DNA from: Myxococcota bacterium
GTDB taxonomy: Bacteria > Myxococcota_A > UBA796 > SXON01
Direction of reading: 5' to 3'
Length of the DNA: 64,000 nucleotides
Assembly: GCA_040386535.1 (NCBI GenBank)
Contig: JAZKFH010000003.1
Span: 128,001 to 192,000 of the forward strand
The notes beneath the pieces were generated by a model that did not search any database, was not told where the DNA came from, and saw only the letters and a list, made by a program, of their open reading frames with translations. Position numbers and translations under genes: made by a program. Below, piece after piece: positions 31,025 to 41,100 of the stretch. Numbering within the stretch: position 1 is the first letter of the stretch; each line of letters begins with the position of its first letter.

Positions 31025-32061
31025 GCCTCGTGGCGCTGGGGCTCCTGTTCGTCCTCGGGCAGGATCGTCCGCAGATCCTCGCTGATCTGGAGGCTATCGA
31101 GCTTCAGATGGTGTCACTCCAAGGGCAGGTCGACGCGCTCGACGCGCGGGCCGCCACGGTGGAAGCCGAGCGAGCCACGCACCAGGGCGCACTCGACGTC
31201 GCGGAGGCGGCGTTGGCGACACGGCGCGTGGGGATCGCCCAGCGGCTCCGCACGTTCTATCGGCTCAAGCGCCGCGGCTTCGCGCGCCTGCTCTTCGACG
31301 CCGAGAGCCCGCCCGAGCTGCGGCGGCGCGTGCACTACCTGTTGGCCGTCGTGCGGGAGGACGAGTCGCTCGCCCGCGCCTTCGTCGATGGCCTCGCCGA
31401 GCGCCGGGCGACCGCGGCGCGCCTCGACGCGGACAAGGCAGCCCTCGCCAGCGTCCAGCTCGACGTCCGCGCCCGCCTCGACGCGCTCGAGGCGGAGCGC
31501 CGCCGGCGAACAGCGCTCGTGCGGGACATCCAGAAGCGCCCCGAGCTCGCGGCTCGCGTGGTCCGTGAGCGTGGCGACGCGGCGATCGCGCTCGCGGCGT
31601 CGATGGCGTCGGCCGAGGCCACCGCGCCGGCCGTGCAAGGCGACGCCGCCGGGTTCCGCGCGGACCGGGGGCGCCTCCCCTCCCCTGTCAACGGCGCTGT
31701 CGTGCGGCGCTTCGGCCCCTACGTCGACCCCGCGAGCGGCGCCTCGGCCACGAACCTCGGGATGGACTTCGGTGCTCCGATGGGCACCCCCTTTCGTGCG
31801 GTCGCTGACGGAGTGGTGACACGTTCGGCCTACCTCCGCGGCTATGGTCAGATGGTGATGCTGCAGCACGGCGCCTACACCACCCTCTACGCCCACGCGA
31901 ACGGACTGCGCGTCGCGCAGGGCCAGGCCGTGAAGAAGGGCGACGTGCTGGGCCTCGTCGGCAACACGGGGCTCGCCGAGGCGGAGGACGCCCGCCTGCA
32001 TTTTGAGGTCCGCTACAACAACACGCCGCAGGATCCCGACGAATGGCTCGGCGCACGCTGA
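31021..32061 (+). CDS. envC: EnvC-like murein hydrolase activator (coiled coil plus degenerate M23 domain)
   Basis: Coiled coil; M23 fold with zinc ligands altered (NLGMD, RLHFE); follows ftsEX. Confidence 0.8.
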   Translation: MSLVALGLLFVLGQDRPQILADLEAIELQMVSLQGQVDALDARAATVEAERATHQGALDVAEAALATRRVGIAQRLRTFYRLKRRGFARLLFDAESPPELRRRVHYLLAVVREDESLARAFVDGLAERRATAARLDADKAALASVQLDVRARLDALEAERRRRTALVRDIQKRPELAARVVRERGDAAIALAASMASAEATAPAVQGDAAGFRADRGRLPSPVNGAVVRRFGPYVDPASGASATNLGMDFGAPMGTPFRAVADGVVTRSAYLRGYGQMVMLQHGAYTTLYAHANGLRVAQGQAVKKGDVLGLVGNTGLAEAEDARLHFEVRYNNTPQDPDEWLGAR

Positions 32062-33356
32062 TTCCCCTGCGTCCCTGGCACCGGCGGGTCCTCCCGCTGA
32101 CCATCGCGCTCGTGCTCGGCGTGTGCGCCGGGAGGGTGTCCGGAGCGGTTCGCGCCGCGGAGCAGCCTTACGCCGCGCTCGACGTGTTCGCCCGCGTCCT
32201 GACGCAGATCACCGACGCCTATGTCGAGCCAATCCCGCAGCGGGACCTCGTGTACCACGCCCTCGACGGCATGGACAACGCCCTCGATGCCCACTCCCGC
32301 TTCCTCGATCCCGAGTCGTTCCGGCGCCTCCGCGAGGAGTCGGATGGCCAGTTCGTCGGCATCGGCGCCCAGATGCGCCAGGAGCCCTGTGGGCTCGGCA
32401 TCACCGCCGTCTTGACGCACGGGCCGGCCGAACGCGCGGGGATCGCGGCCGGGGATTGCATCGTGAGCGTCGATGGCGTCCCGCTCGCCGACCTTCCGCT
32501 GGACGCCGCCCTCGCCACCGTGCGCGGACTGGAGGGCGCCGCCGTGACCCTCGATGTTCTACGGGGAGGCGTCACGCGCCCCATCGCGGTGTTGCGGTCC
32601 CGCCTCGTCGAGGCGTCCGTGAACAGCGCCCTGTTCGCGCCGGGATGGGCCTACCTCCGCATCCGGCAGTTCCGCCAGGGCACCGCCGGCGACCTCGCCG
32701 CGCAGGTCGCGGCGCTGGGCGCCACCACCCCCATCCGGGGCGCGGTCCTCGATTTGCGGGACAATCCCGGCGGCCGGCTCGACGAGGCCATCGCGACGAC
32801 CGACCTGTTCCTGCGCGACGGGCGCATCGTGAGCACCCGCGGCCGGAGCGCCCAGCCGGACGACGTGCACGACGCCACCGCCTCCCGAAGCGACTGGGAC
32901 TGGCCCCTCATCGTGCTCATCGACGGCCAGAGCGCGAGCGCCGCCGAGATAGTCGCCGGTGCGCTCCAGGACCGTCAACGCGCGCGGCTCGTCGGCGAGC
33001 CGAGCTACGGGAAGGGCTCGGTCCAGAGCGTCTTCGAGTATGAAGACGGGTCGGCGCTCAAGCTCACCATCGCGCGGTACTACCTGCCCTCGGGCCGCCC
33101 CATCGCGGACCACCGCGGGCTCCTGCCTGATGTGCCCGCGCCGGCGCCGAGCGCGCCAGGTGCCGCCCAGCTCCTCCGCGAGCGACTCGTCATCGTAAAC
33201 GGCCTCGCTGCGACAGACCGGGACCAGCTCCTCTCGCTGGCCGACCGCATCCCCGCCGAACCCCAGCGCGTGCCGATCGACTTTGCCGGCACGCTCGAGG
33301 CGCGGCTGGGCCGCGATCCGGCGCTCGCCCAGGCGTGGAAGCTCCTCCGCGAGTAG
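32043..33356 (+). CDS. S41 family C-terminal processing peptidase (CtpA-like)
   Basis: LDAHS, GIG PDZ loop, LDLRDNPGG, SASAAEI, GKGSVQ, LTIARYYLPSG. Confidence 0.93.
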   Translation: MARRTLIPLRPWHRRVLPLTIALVLGVCAGRVSGAVRAAEQPYAALDVFARVLTQITDAYVEPIPQRDLVYHALDGMDNALDAHSRFLDPESFRRLREESDGQFVGIGAQMRQEPCGLGITAVLTHGPAERAGIAAGDCIVSVDGVPLADLPLDAALATVRGLEGAAVTLDVLRGGVTRPIAVLRSRLVEASVNSALFAPGWAYLRIRQFRQGTAGDLAAQVAALGATTPIRGAVLDLRDNPGGRLDEAIATTDLFLRDGRIVSTRGRSAQPDDVHDATASRSDWDWPLIVLIDGQSASAAEIVAGALQDRQRARLVGEPSYGKGSVQSVFEYEDGSALKLTIARYYLPSGRPIADHRGLLPDVPAPAPSAPGAAQLLRERLVIVNGLAATDRDQLLSLADRIPAEPQRVPIDFAGTLEARLGRDPALAQAWKLLRE

Positions 33357-33404
33357 CGCAGGAGCTTGGGAACAAGCATTTCGGCCGCAAGGCCAAGCGG
33401 CGCG

Positions 33405-33452
33405 CCTACTCGGCGATACGCCTACTCGGCAATGCGCTTACTCGGCAATGCG
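33405..33452 (-). repeat. Three tandem 16-bp copies of a gene 3' end, each reading R-I-A-E-stop
   Basis: CGCATTGCCGAGTAAG / CGCATTGCCGAGTAGG / CGTATCGCCGAGTAGG. Confidence 0.9.
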
Positions 33453-33869
33453 GAAGTGGTACGGGTCCGACTCGCCGCCGTCCGGCGAAAACGCCACGTT
33501 CTGCGCGTAGTCCACAGCCTCGATGTAGTAGTCGACGCCACCCCCACGGTGGTCGTCACCCGGGATGGTACCGCTGTACACGTCGCCACTCGCGGGGGGC
33601 ATGGGGATCTTCTTCCAATCCGAGGCCCCGTCGACCTCGTTCTTGTAGTGCAGCTCGACGTACGCGACCTGCCCATCGAGGTCGGTCACCGTCGCCTGAA
33701 TGGCGATGTCGGCTCCGAAGGTCTGGGTGCCGGTCACCGCCTCGTGAACGATGATCGGTGGTTCCTCGTCCGGCTCTTCCTCAACAGGCTTGTCCTTGTT
33801 GGGGTCGACGACGGTGGGATCGTCGGCATTACAACCCACCAGCAAGGCGAAGGCGAACACGCTCAGCAT
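33438..33869 (-). CDS. Small lipoprotein with an Ig-like beta-sandwich domain
   Basis: AGGAG SD; lipobox LLVGC; PPIIVH..IQATVTD..ELHYK..YSGTIP..VDYYIEAVD. Confidence 0.7.
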   Translation of the reverse strand: MLSVFAFALLVGCNADDPTVVDPNKDKPVEEEPDEEPPIIVHEAVTGTQTFGADIAIQATVTDLDGQVAYVELHYKNEVDGASDWKKIPMPPASGDVYSGTIPGDDHRGGGVDYYIEAVDYAQNVAFSPDGGESDPYHFRIAE

Positions 33870-33913
33870 CTGTTTGTCTCCTGAACCACTGTGCCGCCTA
33901 AACGGACCGATCG

Positions 33914-34474
33914 TCAACGTGCCGGTGTGGCGCCCTTCTGAACAACGAGGCGGTACGTCGTGAACTCGGCCTTGCCCGCGTGGTAGAGCACATTCGAGAT
34001 GAGATCGTACGGCGTGTCCTGATCGGCGATGATCATGACGTCCCCGTTGAACGGGCTGCCACCACCCTGGGCGATGTACTTGATGTCCGACACACGTGCC
34101 GTGAGCGCTTGCGCCAGCGGGGCGTAGGCGGACTTGGGGTCCGCGGTGTCGATCTGGCCGCCGGGCAGGAGCCGCAGCGCAAGCTTCTGATCCACCAGGA
34201 TCGAAGACTTGGAGATGAGGATGCTCACCGACGGGACCATGTTCGTGGGCGCCGTGCTGGACGGCGGACGGAGATCGTCGTTGAGCGTGATGCTCTCCGG
34301 CGAATCCGCGTAGACCTTGATCAGGTACACGAGCAGGATGGTGAAGATGTCCATCATCGCGGTCAGGTTGAGCCCGACGATCATGCCATCGTCGTGCTTT
34401 TTCTTCTTCTTCATGAAGAGGAAGTCGTCGTCCGAGCTCGTGCTCGGCTCGACGTTCTCGGCCGGGCTGCTCAT
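33914..34474 (-). CDS. ExbD/TolR family protein (AglS-like)
   Basis: LNLTAMMDIFTILLVYLIK TM with Asp; IIADQDTPY. Confidence 0.85.
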   Translation of the reverse strand: MSSPAENVEPSTSSDDDFLFMKKKKKHDDGMIVGLNLTAMMDIFTILLVYLIKVYADSPESITLNDDLRPPSSTAPTNMVPSVSILISKSSILVDQKLALRLLPGGQIDTADPKSAYAPLAQALTARVSDIKYIAQGGGSPFNGDVMIIADQDTPYDLISNVLYHAGKAEFTTYRLVVQKGATPAR

Positions 34475-34932
34475 TGGACCGCCAGGCTCAGGGTGACACC
34501 GGGGAACAACGCTCCGTTGGCATCCGTCCGGGCGGCGTCCATCGTAGCGATGAGGTCGGAGTAGGGCACACTTCCGTCCGCCGTGAGGACCATGTTTTCG
34601 GCCACCACGTATTGGGTCTTGTAGTTCCGAAGCAGCTGCGTGAGCTCCTCGAACGGATACTTGCCGTCCAGCTTCTCCAGCTTCGCCGAAGGCACCTCCT
34701 CGGTGCTGCCGAGGAGGTTGAAGCCCGTGGTGCTGATTGCCACCGTCAGGTACGGCTTCGGCTTGTCAGTTTCGCCAGCCCTCGGCCCCGACACGTACGA
34801 CGGAGCCAGAACGGGTGCCTGCCGCAGCTCGATGATGTAGGCCGTCACCACGAGCATGAACATGATGAGATTGACCATGATGTCCATGTAGGGCACCAGG
34901 TTCAGGTCTTGCTCGCCGCCGCCTCCAGCCAT
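34471..34932 (-). CDS. ExbD/TolR family protein (AglQ-like)
   Basis: DLNLVPYMDIMVNLIMFML; LTADGSVPYSDLIATMDAAR; LFP. Confidence 0.85.
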   Translation of the reverse strand: MAGGGGEQDLNLVPYMDIMVNLIMFMLVVTAYIIELRQAPVLAPSYVSGPRAGETDKPKPYLTVAISTTGFNLLGSTEEVPSAKLEKLDGKYPFEELTQLLRNYKTQYVVAENMVLTADGSVPYSDLIATMDAARTDANGALFPGVTLSLAVQ

Positions 34933-34935
34933 GGG

Positions 34936-35613
34936 TCAGCGCGCTCCCTGTGCCTGGGCACCCGCGCCAGTCTCGGGGGGCTTGTAGCCCTTCCGCCACT
35001 GGGCATGCACATTCACGAAGTGGAACAGCGCGTGCTCGGCGCGTTCCACGGTCTTGGAGGCCTGGTTGTTGAGGACCAGGTGCGCGGCGATGCAGAACAC
35101 CGCGATGGAGAGCCCGAACGCGGTGTTGTTCATCGCCTCGGAGATGCCGCGGGCGAGCGCGGCGGCCTTCTGGTCCTGCTGGACCGCGGCGGTGGCCTTG
35201 AAGGCCTTGATGAGACCGAAGATGGTCCCGACCAGCCCGATGAGCGTGGCGATGTTGGCGATCGCCCACAGCCAGCTGACCCGCGCCATGACGAGGGGCC
35301 GCACTTCGAGCATGGCCTCTTCGACGGCCATGAGCGGACTTTCATAGCCATTACGCATGAGCTTGAGGAGGCTGCGCGTGGCCCGGGACAGGGCCCGCTC
35401 GGGCGCGGAGGCGCAAACCTTGGCGGCGGCTTCGATGTTGCCTGCCTGCAGGTTGCGGTCGACAGCCGCCACGAACGGCTTCTCGTTCATGCGGTACCGA
35501 GCAAAGAGAGAGAAGAACCTCTCGATGACCACGGCCAGGGAGATCACCACCATGGCGAGGTTGATCAACATGAATTCTCCACCCTCGTGGAAGAACAGCA
35601 GTACTCCGTCCAT
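34936..35613 (-). CDS. MotA/TolQ/ExbB proton channel protein (AglR-like)
   Basis: VVIER; ANIATLIGLVGTIFGLIKAF; GISEAMNNTAFGL. Confidence 0.9.
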   Translation of the reverse strand: MDGVLLFFHEGGEFMLINLAMVVISLAVVIERFFSLFARYRMNEKPFVAAVDRNLQAGNIEAAAKVCASAPERALSRATRSLLKLMRNGYESPLMAVEEAMLEVRPLVMARVSWLWAIANIATLIGLVGTIFGLIKAFKATAAVQQDQKAAALARGISEAMNNTAFGLSIAVFCIAAHLVLNNQASKTVERAEHALFHFVNVHAQWRKGYKPPETGAGAQAQGAR

Positions 35614-35943
35614 GAACTCTCCGTCCGAGTGTCTACGCTGCGATGCGCGTGAGCCGAGTGAGGGGGGCGAGACTCCGAGGGGGAGCCTGTTGTAGTGACG
35701 ACCGAGGGGATGGTAACGCGGCGCCCGGCCAACCCGGAATGCGCGCTGAGCTTATCACATCGCTCGACGTAGGCTTACCGAGGCGGGCGCGTGGGGTTCG
35801 AGCGCCTCTCCGCTTCCGTGAGGAAGCGCAAGGTTCCTCCCACGCACCTCACGATGTCAAGCCACTGTGAGCGCCCTCCCCCCGCCACTCGGCGAGGGCC
35901 GGACGCCCTGGCGCGCCCACCGGTCGGGCGCCCGGGCCTCTCG

Positions 35944-37290
35944 TCAGACCGCGGGGCTGTCGAGCACGTCGCCCACGAGATCGTGGGGGGCCGCGCGCGT
36001 GATGCGCACCTGGCGGAATTGGCCGGCCCGCACGTCGGGGCCCACCTCGGACAGGTAGACCAACCCATCGACGTCCGGCGCCTGGGTGGCGAGCCGCCCC
36101 ACCAACACCAGCTCGCTCTCCTTGCTCGGACCGTCCACGAGCACGGTGAGCTCTTTGCCGACGAGGGCCTTGTGCTTGCGGCGACTGATGTCGGCCTGGA
36201 GCTTCATCAGCTCCTTCTGCCGGGCCATCTTGACCTTCTCCTCGACCTGACCCGGGAGGGTGGCGGCCGGGGTGCCGTCCTCCTGGAAATAAGTGAAGAC
36301 GCCGACGCGCTCGAACGCCTGGCTGCCGACGAAGTCACGGAGGACCGCGAAGTCGGAATCGGTTTCGCCGGGAAAGCCGACGATGAACGTGGTCCGGATC
36401 GCGATGTCCGGCACGAAGCGTCGCACGCGCTCGAGGATGCGCTCCTGTCCTTCCCGCGTCACGCCGCGCCGCATCGCCTTCAACATCGGGCCGCTCGCGT
36501 GCTGGAGCGGCATGTCGAGGTACGGCACCACCTTCTCCTCCTCGGCGATCGCCCGCAGCAGGCTCTCCGGGAGGCCGATCGGGTACGCGTAGTGCAGGCG
36601 GACCCAACGGATGCCGTCGACCCGGGCGAGCGCGCGCAACAACATGCCGAGATCGCTACCGTCGTTCAGATCGCGACCGTACGCGGTCGAGTCCTGGGAG
36701 ACGAGGTTGATCTCGACGACACCCTGCTCGGCGAGGCGCCGGGCCTCGGTCACCAGCGACGCGATCGTGCGGGAGCGCATCTTTCCGCGGAGCGTGGGGA
36801 TGATGCAGAAGGCGCAGCGATGATCACACCCCTCGGAGATCTTGAGGTACGCCGAGTGCGGCAACCACGAGTTGATCCGCGGCGACAGCTCGTCGTGGAT
36901 GTAGAGCGGCGTGTCGACGAACGAGCGCGGCGCCTGCCCCTCGCGGGCCAGGAGCACCTCGTCGATGCGGTGGTACTCGCCCGTTCCCAGGAAGTGGTCG
37001 ACCTCGGGGAGTTCGTCCTCGAGAGACCGGCCGAAGCGCTGCACCATGCACCCGGTGACGACGAGCTTCTTGCAGGTCCCCGCCCGCTTGTGCCCCGCCA
37101 TCTCGAGCACCGTGTCGATGCTCTCCTCCGTGGCGGGCTGGATGAACGAGCAGGTGTTGACCACGATCACGTCGGCCAGCGCGGGATCGTCAACGAGCTC
37201 GAAGGGCCCGGCCTGAAGCTTCCCGACCATGACCTCGGAGTCGACCCGGTTCTTGGGGCAGCCAAGGCTGATCAGATGTACACGTTCCAT
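35944..37290 (-). CDS. rimO: Ribosomal protein S12 methylthiotransferase RimO
   Basis: SLGCPKNRVDSE, NTCSFI, YLKISEGCDHRCAFCIIP, YLDMPLQH, TRAM domain with APDVDG. Confidence 0.95.
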   Translation of the reverse strand: MERVHLISLGCPKNRVDSEVMVGKLQAGPFELVDDPALADVIVVNTCSFIQPATEESIDTVLEMAGHKRAGTCKKLVVTGCMVQRFGRSLEDELPEVDHFLGTGEYHRIDEVLLAREGQAPRSFVDTPLYIHDELSPRINSWLPHSAYLKISEGCDHRCAFCIIPTLRGKMRSRTIASLVTEARRLAEQGVVEINLVSQDSTAYGRDLNDGSDLGMLLRALARVDGIRWVRLHYAYPIGLPESLLRAIAEEEKVVPYLDMPLQHASGPMLKAMRRGVTREGQERILERVRRFVPDIAIRTTFIVGFPGETDSDFAVLRDFVGSQAFERVGVFTYFQEDGTPAATLPGQVEEKVKMARQKELMKLQADISRRKHKALVGKELTVLVDGPSKESELVLVGRLATQAPDVDGLVYLSEVGPDVRAGQFRQVRITRAAPHDLVGDVLDSPAV

Positions 37291-37294
37291 TTTT

Positions 37295-37987
37295 CTACAT
37301 TGCCCCGGTCTTGACCACCTTGACGCCCGGAGGCGCCACGAACGTGAACTCAGCGTCAGGAATGTCCTGGTTCATGCGTACGGCGGTGAAATTCATTTCG
37401 GTCACGTCGTCGAGCTGGTTCACCAGCACGAGGTCCTGCAACACGTACTTCTGCTTGCTCAAGGTGAGCTGGATGGACTTGAAGGCGCCGGGGGTCTTCG
37501 GCACGAGTTGCACCGTCACCGAGGCCTTGCCGGGCTTCTCGGGGAGCAGCGTGACGTTGAACAGCTCGCCGAGCCGGCCCAGATCCTCGAGCAGGAACTC
37601 CATCCCGGAGCCCCCGGAAAGCTCGGGCATCACCGTGACCTGCTTGTCCTTGGCGATGTAGATCCACATCGTCTTGCCGTCGCTCACGTAGGTCTGCGTG
37701 ACCGGAAACCCCATGTCGACCCGCATCTTTCGCGGGCGCTCGAGCGCGATCTTTCCGCGCTGGCGGACTTCGGTGCCCATGGCCTTGCTGCGGTCGACCT
37801 GTGTGAATTCGGCCCGAATGCTCGTGGCCGTCCCGTAGATCTGCTCCACCGCCTCGATCACCTCCGGCAAGGTCGCCGGGGCGGCGGCCTGGGTCGGTGT
37901 CCCGGCGGGCGCCGGCGTCGGATTCGCGCGCGCCACGGGCACCGTGAGCGCCAATCCCAGGAGCAAGGCCGTGAACTTCTTGGACAT
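37295..37987 (-). CDS. lolA: Outer-membrane lipoprotein carrier LolA
   Basis: Signal peptide; AEFTQ, G...ERPRKMR, VSDGKTMWIY, FTFVAPPGVKV; downstream of ftsK. Confidence 0.85.
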   Translation of the reverse strand: MSKKFTALLLGLALTVPVARANPTPAPAGTPTQAAAPATLPEVIEAVEQIYGTATSIRAEFTQVDRSKAMGTEVRQRGKIALERPRKMRVDMGFPVTQTYVSDGKTMWIYIAKDKQVTVMPELSGGSGMEFLLEDLGRLGELFNVTLLPEKPGKASVTVQLVPKTPGAFKSIQLTLSKQKYVLQDLVLVNQLDDVTEMNFTAVRMNQDIPDAEFTFVAPPGVKVVKTGAM

Positions 37988-38104
37988 ACCCACACGAACC
38001 TCTCTTCGGGACCCGGCTTCTACCGCGGTCCCCGGTGCATCGCAACAGCGGTTCCGGGCACCAACCCCGCGTGTGGATTGCTGCTTCCGACCGACGAGCC
38101 GAAT

Positions 38105-41100
38105 CTATAGTTGTCCGACCAGCACTTCGCGCGGGCGAGCGCCATCCGCGGGCCCGACCACGCCTTCACGTTCCATGGTCTCCACGATGTTGGCGGCGCG
38201 GTTGTAGCCGATCCCGAGGTGCCGCTGGAGCATCGACGTGGAGATCTTGCCCTTGGAGATCGCCATCTCGACCGCCTCGTCGTACTTCTCGTCGTACTCG
38301 GCGGGCGGCGTGTCGCTCTCTTCGCCGTCCTCCGTCGAGGAGATGCGAAGGTCGTACTTGGGCGTTCCCTGGGCCCGGAGGAAGTCGCCCACCCGGTGCA
38401 CCTCGTCCTCGGAGAGGAAAGGCGCGTGGATGCGGACGAGGTCCGAGGTGCCGGGGCGGAGGAACAACAGGTCGCCCTTGCCGAGAAGGGTCTCGGCGCC
38501 GTTCTGGTCGAGGATGACGCGGCTGTCGAGGCCGCTCCTCACCTGATACGCCAAGCTGGCTGGCATATTCGCCTTGATGAGGCCCGTGATCACGTCCCGC
38601 CGCGGGGTCTGGGTCGCCACGATGAGGTGGATGCCGGCCGCGCGGGCCTTTGCCACGATGCGGGCGATGCTGGCCTCCACGTCGCTGGAGGCGACCATCA
38701 TCAGGTCCGCCAGCTCGTCGATGACGATGACGATGAACGGGAACCGCTTCGGGATCGGGAGCAGCTCGCCGTCCGGCCAGTCCTTGGGCGCGTAGGACCT
38801 CGCCTTCTCCTGCGTCCAGTCCTGGAGCTCCTTGTCCACCTTCTGGTTGTAGGTGTCGATGTGGCGGGTCTGCCAGCGGGCCATGATCTTGTACCGCTCG
38901 TCCATCTCGGTGCACGCCCACTTGAGGACGGCGGAGGCGAACTTCGGCTCGGTCACGACGGGGTGGAGCAGGTGGGGGATGTCCTCGTAGAGCGCGAACT
39001 CGAGCATCTTCGGATCGATGAGGATCATCCGGAGCTCGTCCGGCGTGCGCATGTAGAGCATGCTCACCAGCATCGCGTTCACGCCCACGCTCTTGCCGGA
39101 GCCCGTGGTGCCGCCGACGAGGAGGTGCGGCATCTTCGCGAGATCGGTGACGAAGGGCCGCCCCTCGATGTCCTTGCCCAGGATCATCGGGAGCGTGCGG
39201 TCGCCGTTCCGGAACTCGGCGGAGGCGAACACGTCGCGCGCCCACACGGTCTGACGCTTCTCGTTCGGGATCTCGATGCCGACGCAGCCACGGCCCGGGA
39301 TGGGCGCGACGATGCGGACGGAGATGGCCTTGAGCGCCATCTTCAGGTTGTCCGAGAGGTTGGCGATGCGGGAGAGCTTCACGCCGGCGGCGGGCTCGTA
39401 CTCGAACATCGTGATGACGGGCCCGGGCCGGATGGCGGTGACCCTCCCGTCCACGCCGAACTCGCCGAGCGTGTCCGTGAGGCGACGCGCCATGGCATGC
39501 AACACGGCCTCGTCGGTGCCGCCGATGACGGGCGGGTGATCGTCGAGGAGCGAGAGCGGGGGCAGCTGGTAGGGCGTCGAGGTCGCGCGGACGGCGCGGC
39601 CGTCGTCCCCGGCACCGCCGCTCTTGAGGTTGCCGGGCAGCACGGTGACACCGTCCCCCGAGGGGCGCGGCGTGCGCCGCCCCGTGGGCGCGACCCGCGC
39701 GGTGCCGGTGCCCGCCACGACCCGCTCCGGCGGCGGCATGCGGATGGGCTCGGGCGCCACGAACGCGACGGCCTGGCGGTCCTCGGGGTGCCCCATCACC
39801 GGCTCGTGGTCGGGCATGTCGTCGAGCGGCTCGTCCAGCGGCTCATCGTACTGCGGCTCGTCGTCCGCCACAGAGGGCGGATCGGCCCACTCGACCGGCG
39901 CCGGCACGCTCCGCGGCGGCACGATCGGCGCGGGGGCGTGCGCGACGGGCTCTCGCGGCGGCGCGATGGAGGCGGGCTCCACGTCGTCGCGGAACAGGAT
40001 CGGCGCGCGTTCCTCCCTGAGGTCGGGCGGGGCCTCGGGACGGCGGGCGACCGGAGTCCCCTCCCCTCTCGGACGCGCGACGGGCGGGACGGAGGGAGCC
40101 TCCTCGGGCAGATCGGCCGCCCACCCGACCACGGGCGAAGGGACGCGCGCGGGAGCGGGCTCGGGGCGGGCGGCGACGGGCGTGGGCCGACCAACCTCGG
40201 ACGGAGTCGCCGCGCGGGTCACCGGGGCCGGCATGCCGCCCCGGAGGTGTGCCGGCAACGCGAGGTTGGGGGGCGTCGACGCCGGCTCGGCGCGACGGCC
40301 GGTGCTGGTCGCCTCCCACTCCACCTCGACGAGCGTGCGCCCGCCGACCTTGGTGGGGGCGTCCCGATCGGGATCCCCCGTCGTCACGGCCACCGGCGGG
40401 GCTGGCGGCGCCTTCCGGGCGGACCACACGCTCGGGAGCTCGGGACCCGGATCGGGGAGCTCCTCGGGGACGCGGCGCACGTCCGCGGCCCGGCGCACGG
40501 CCGGTTCGGGCGCGCGACGCACCAACGCGGCGGGTGCGGCGGCGGGCTCCGGGAGGGCCTGGCGGGCCGCGGCGCCCGTCGTGGGGTGCCCGATCTCGAT
40601 CCCGTCGTCTTCGTACTCCTCCTCGTCCGCGCGCTCGTCGTCGTTCGCCTCGTCACCGCGCATGCGGTCGCGCAAGGCATCGAGCCCGGCGCCGCCGACG
40701 CGGAGGGACGCACGCACGGCGCCGAAGCCGAGGGCGCCGACTCCGCGCACGGCAGCGGGTGTGCCCCGTTGCACCTGGTCCACGGCGCGCTCGGCGAGGG
40801 GCTGCCAATTGATACGAAACAACACCGTGGCGGCGGCGAGGAGCCCGGTCATCACCACCAGCCCCGCGCCGACGCGCCCGAGCTGGGCGGCGATCGCCTC
40901 GGAGAGAAGCAGGCCGACCACGCCGCCCGGGGGGAACGAAGAGGTGTGTCCCATCACGCCGGTGAGCGCCAGGGAGAGCGCGGCCGCCAGAAGGACGAAC
41001 CCCGCGCCCGACACCATCGTGCTGAACCACCCGCCCACGGGCCGCCCGGCGAGCCGGAGCGCGAACGCCGCGCCCACCACCAGGGCACACCATGCCGCGT

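Noticed and set aside
31021..32061. Loss of M23 zinc ligands as a sign of pseudogenisation
   Set aside because: A degenerate LytM site is the normal state of EnvC-type activators downstream of ftsEX
33339..33367. Hairpin AAGCTCCT...AGGAGCTT over the S41 peptidase stop codon
   Set aside because: It has a large loop and no U-tract on either strand, so it is too weak to call a terminator
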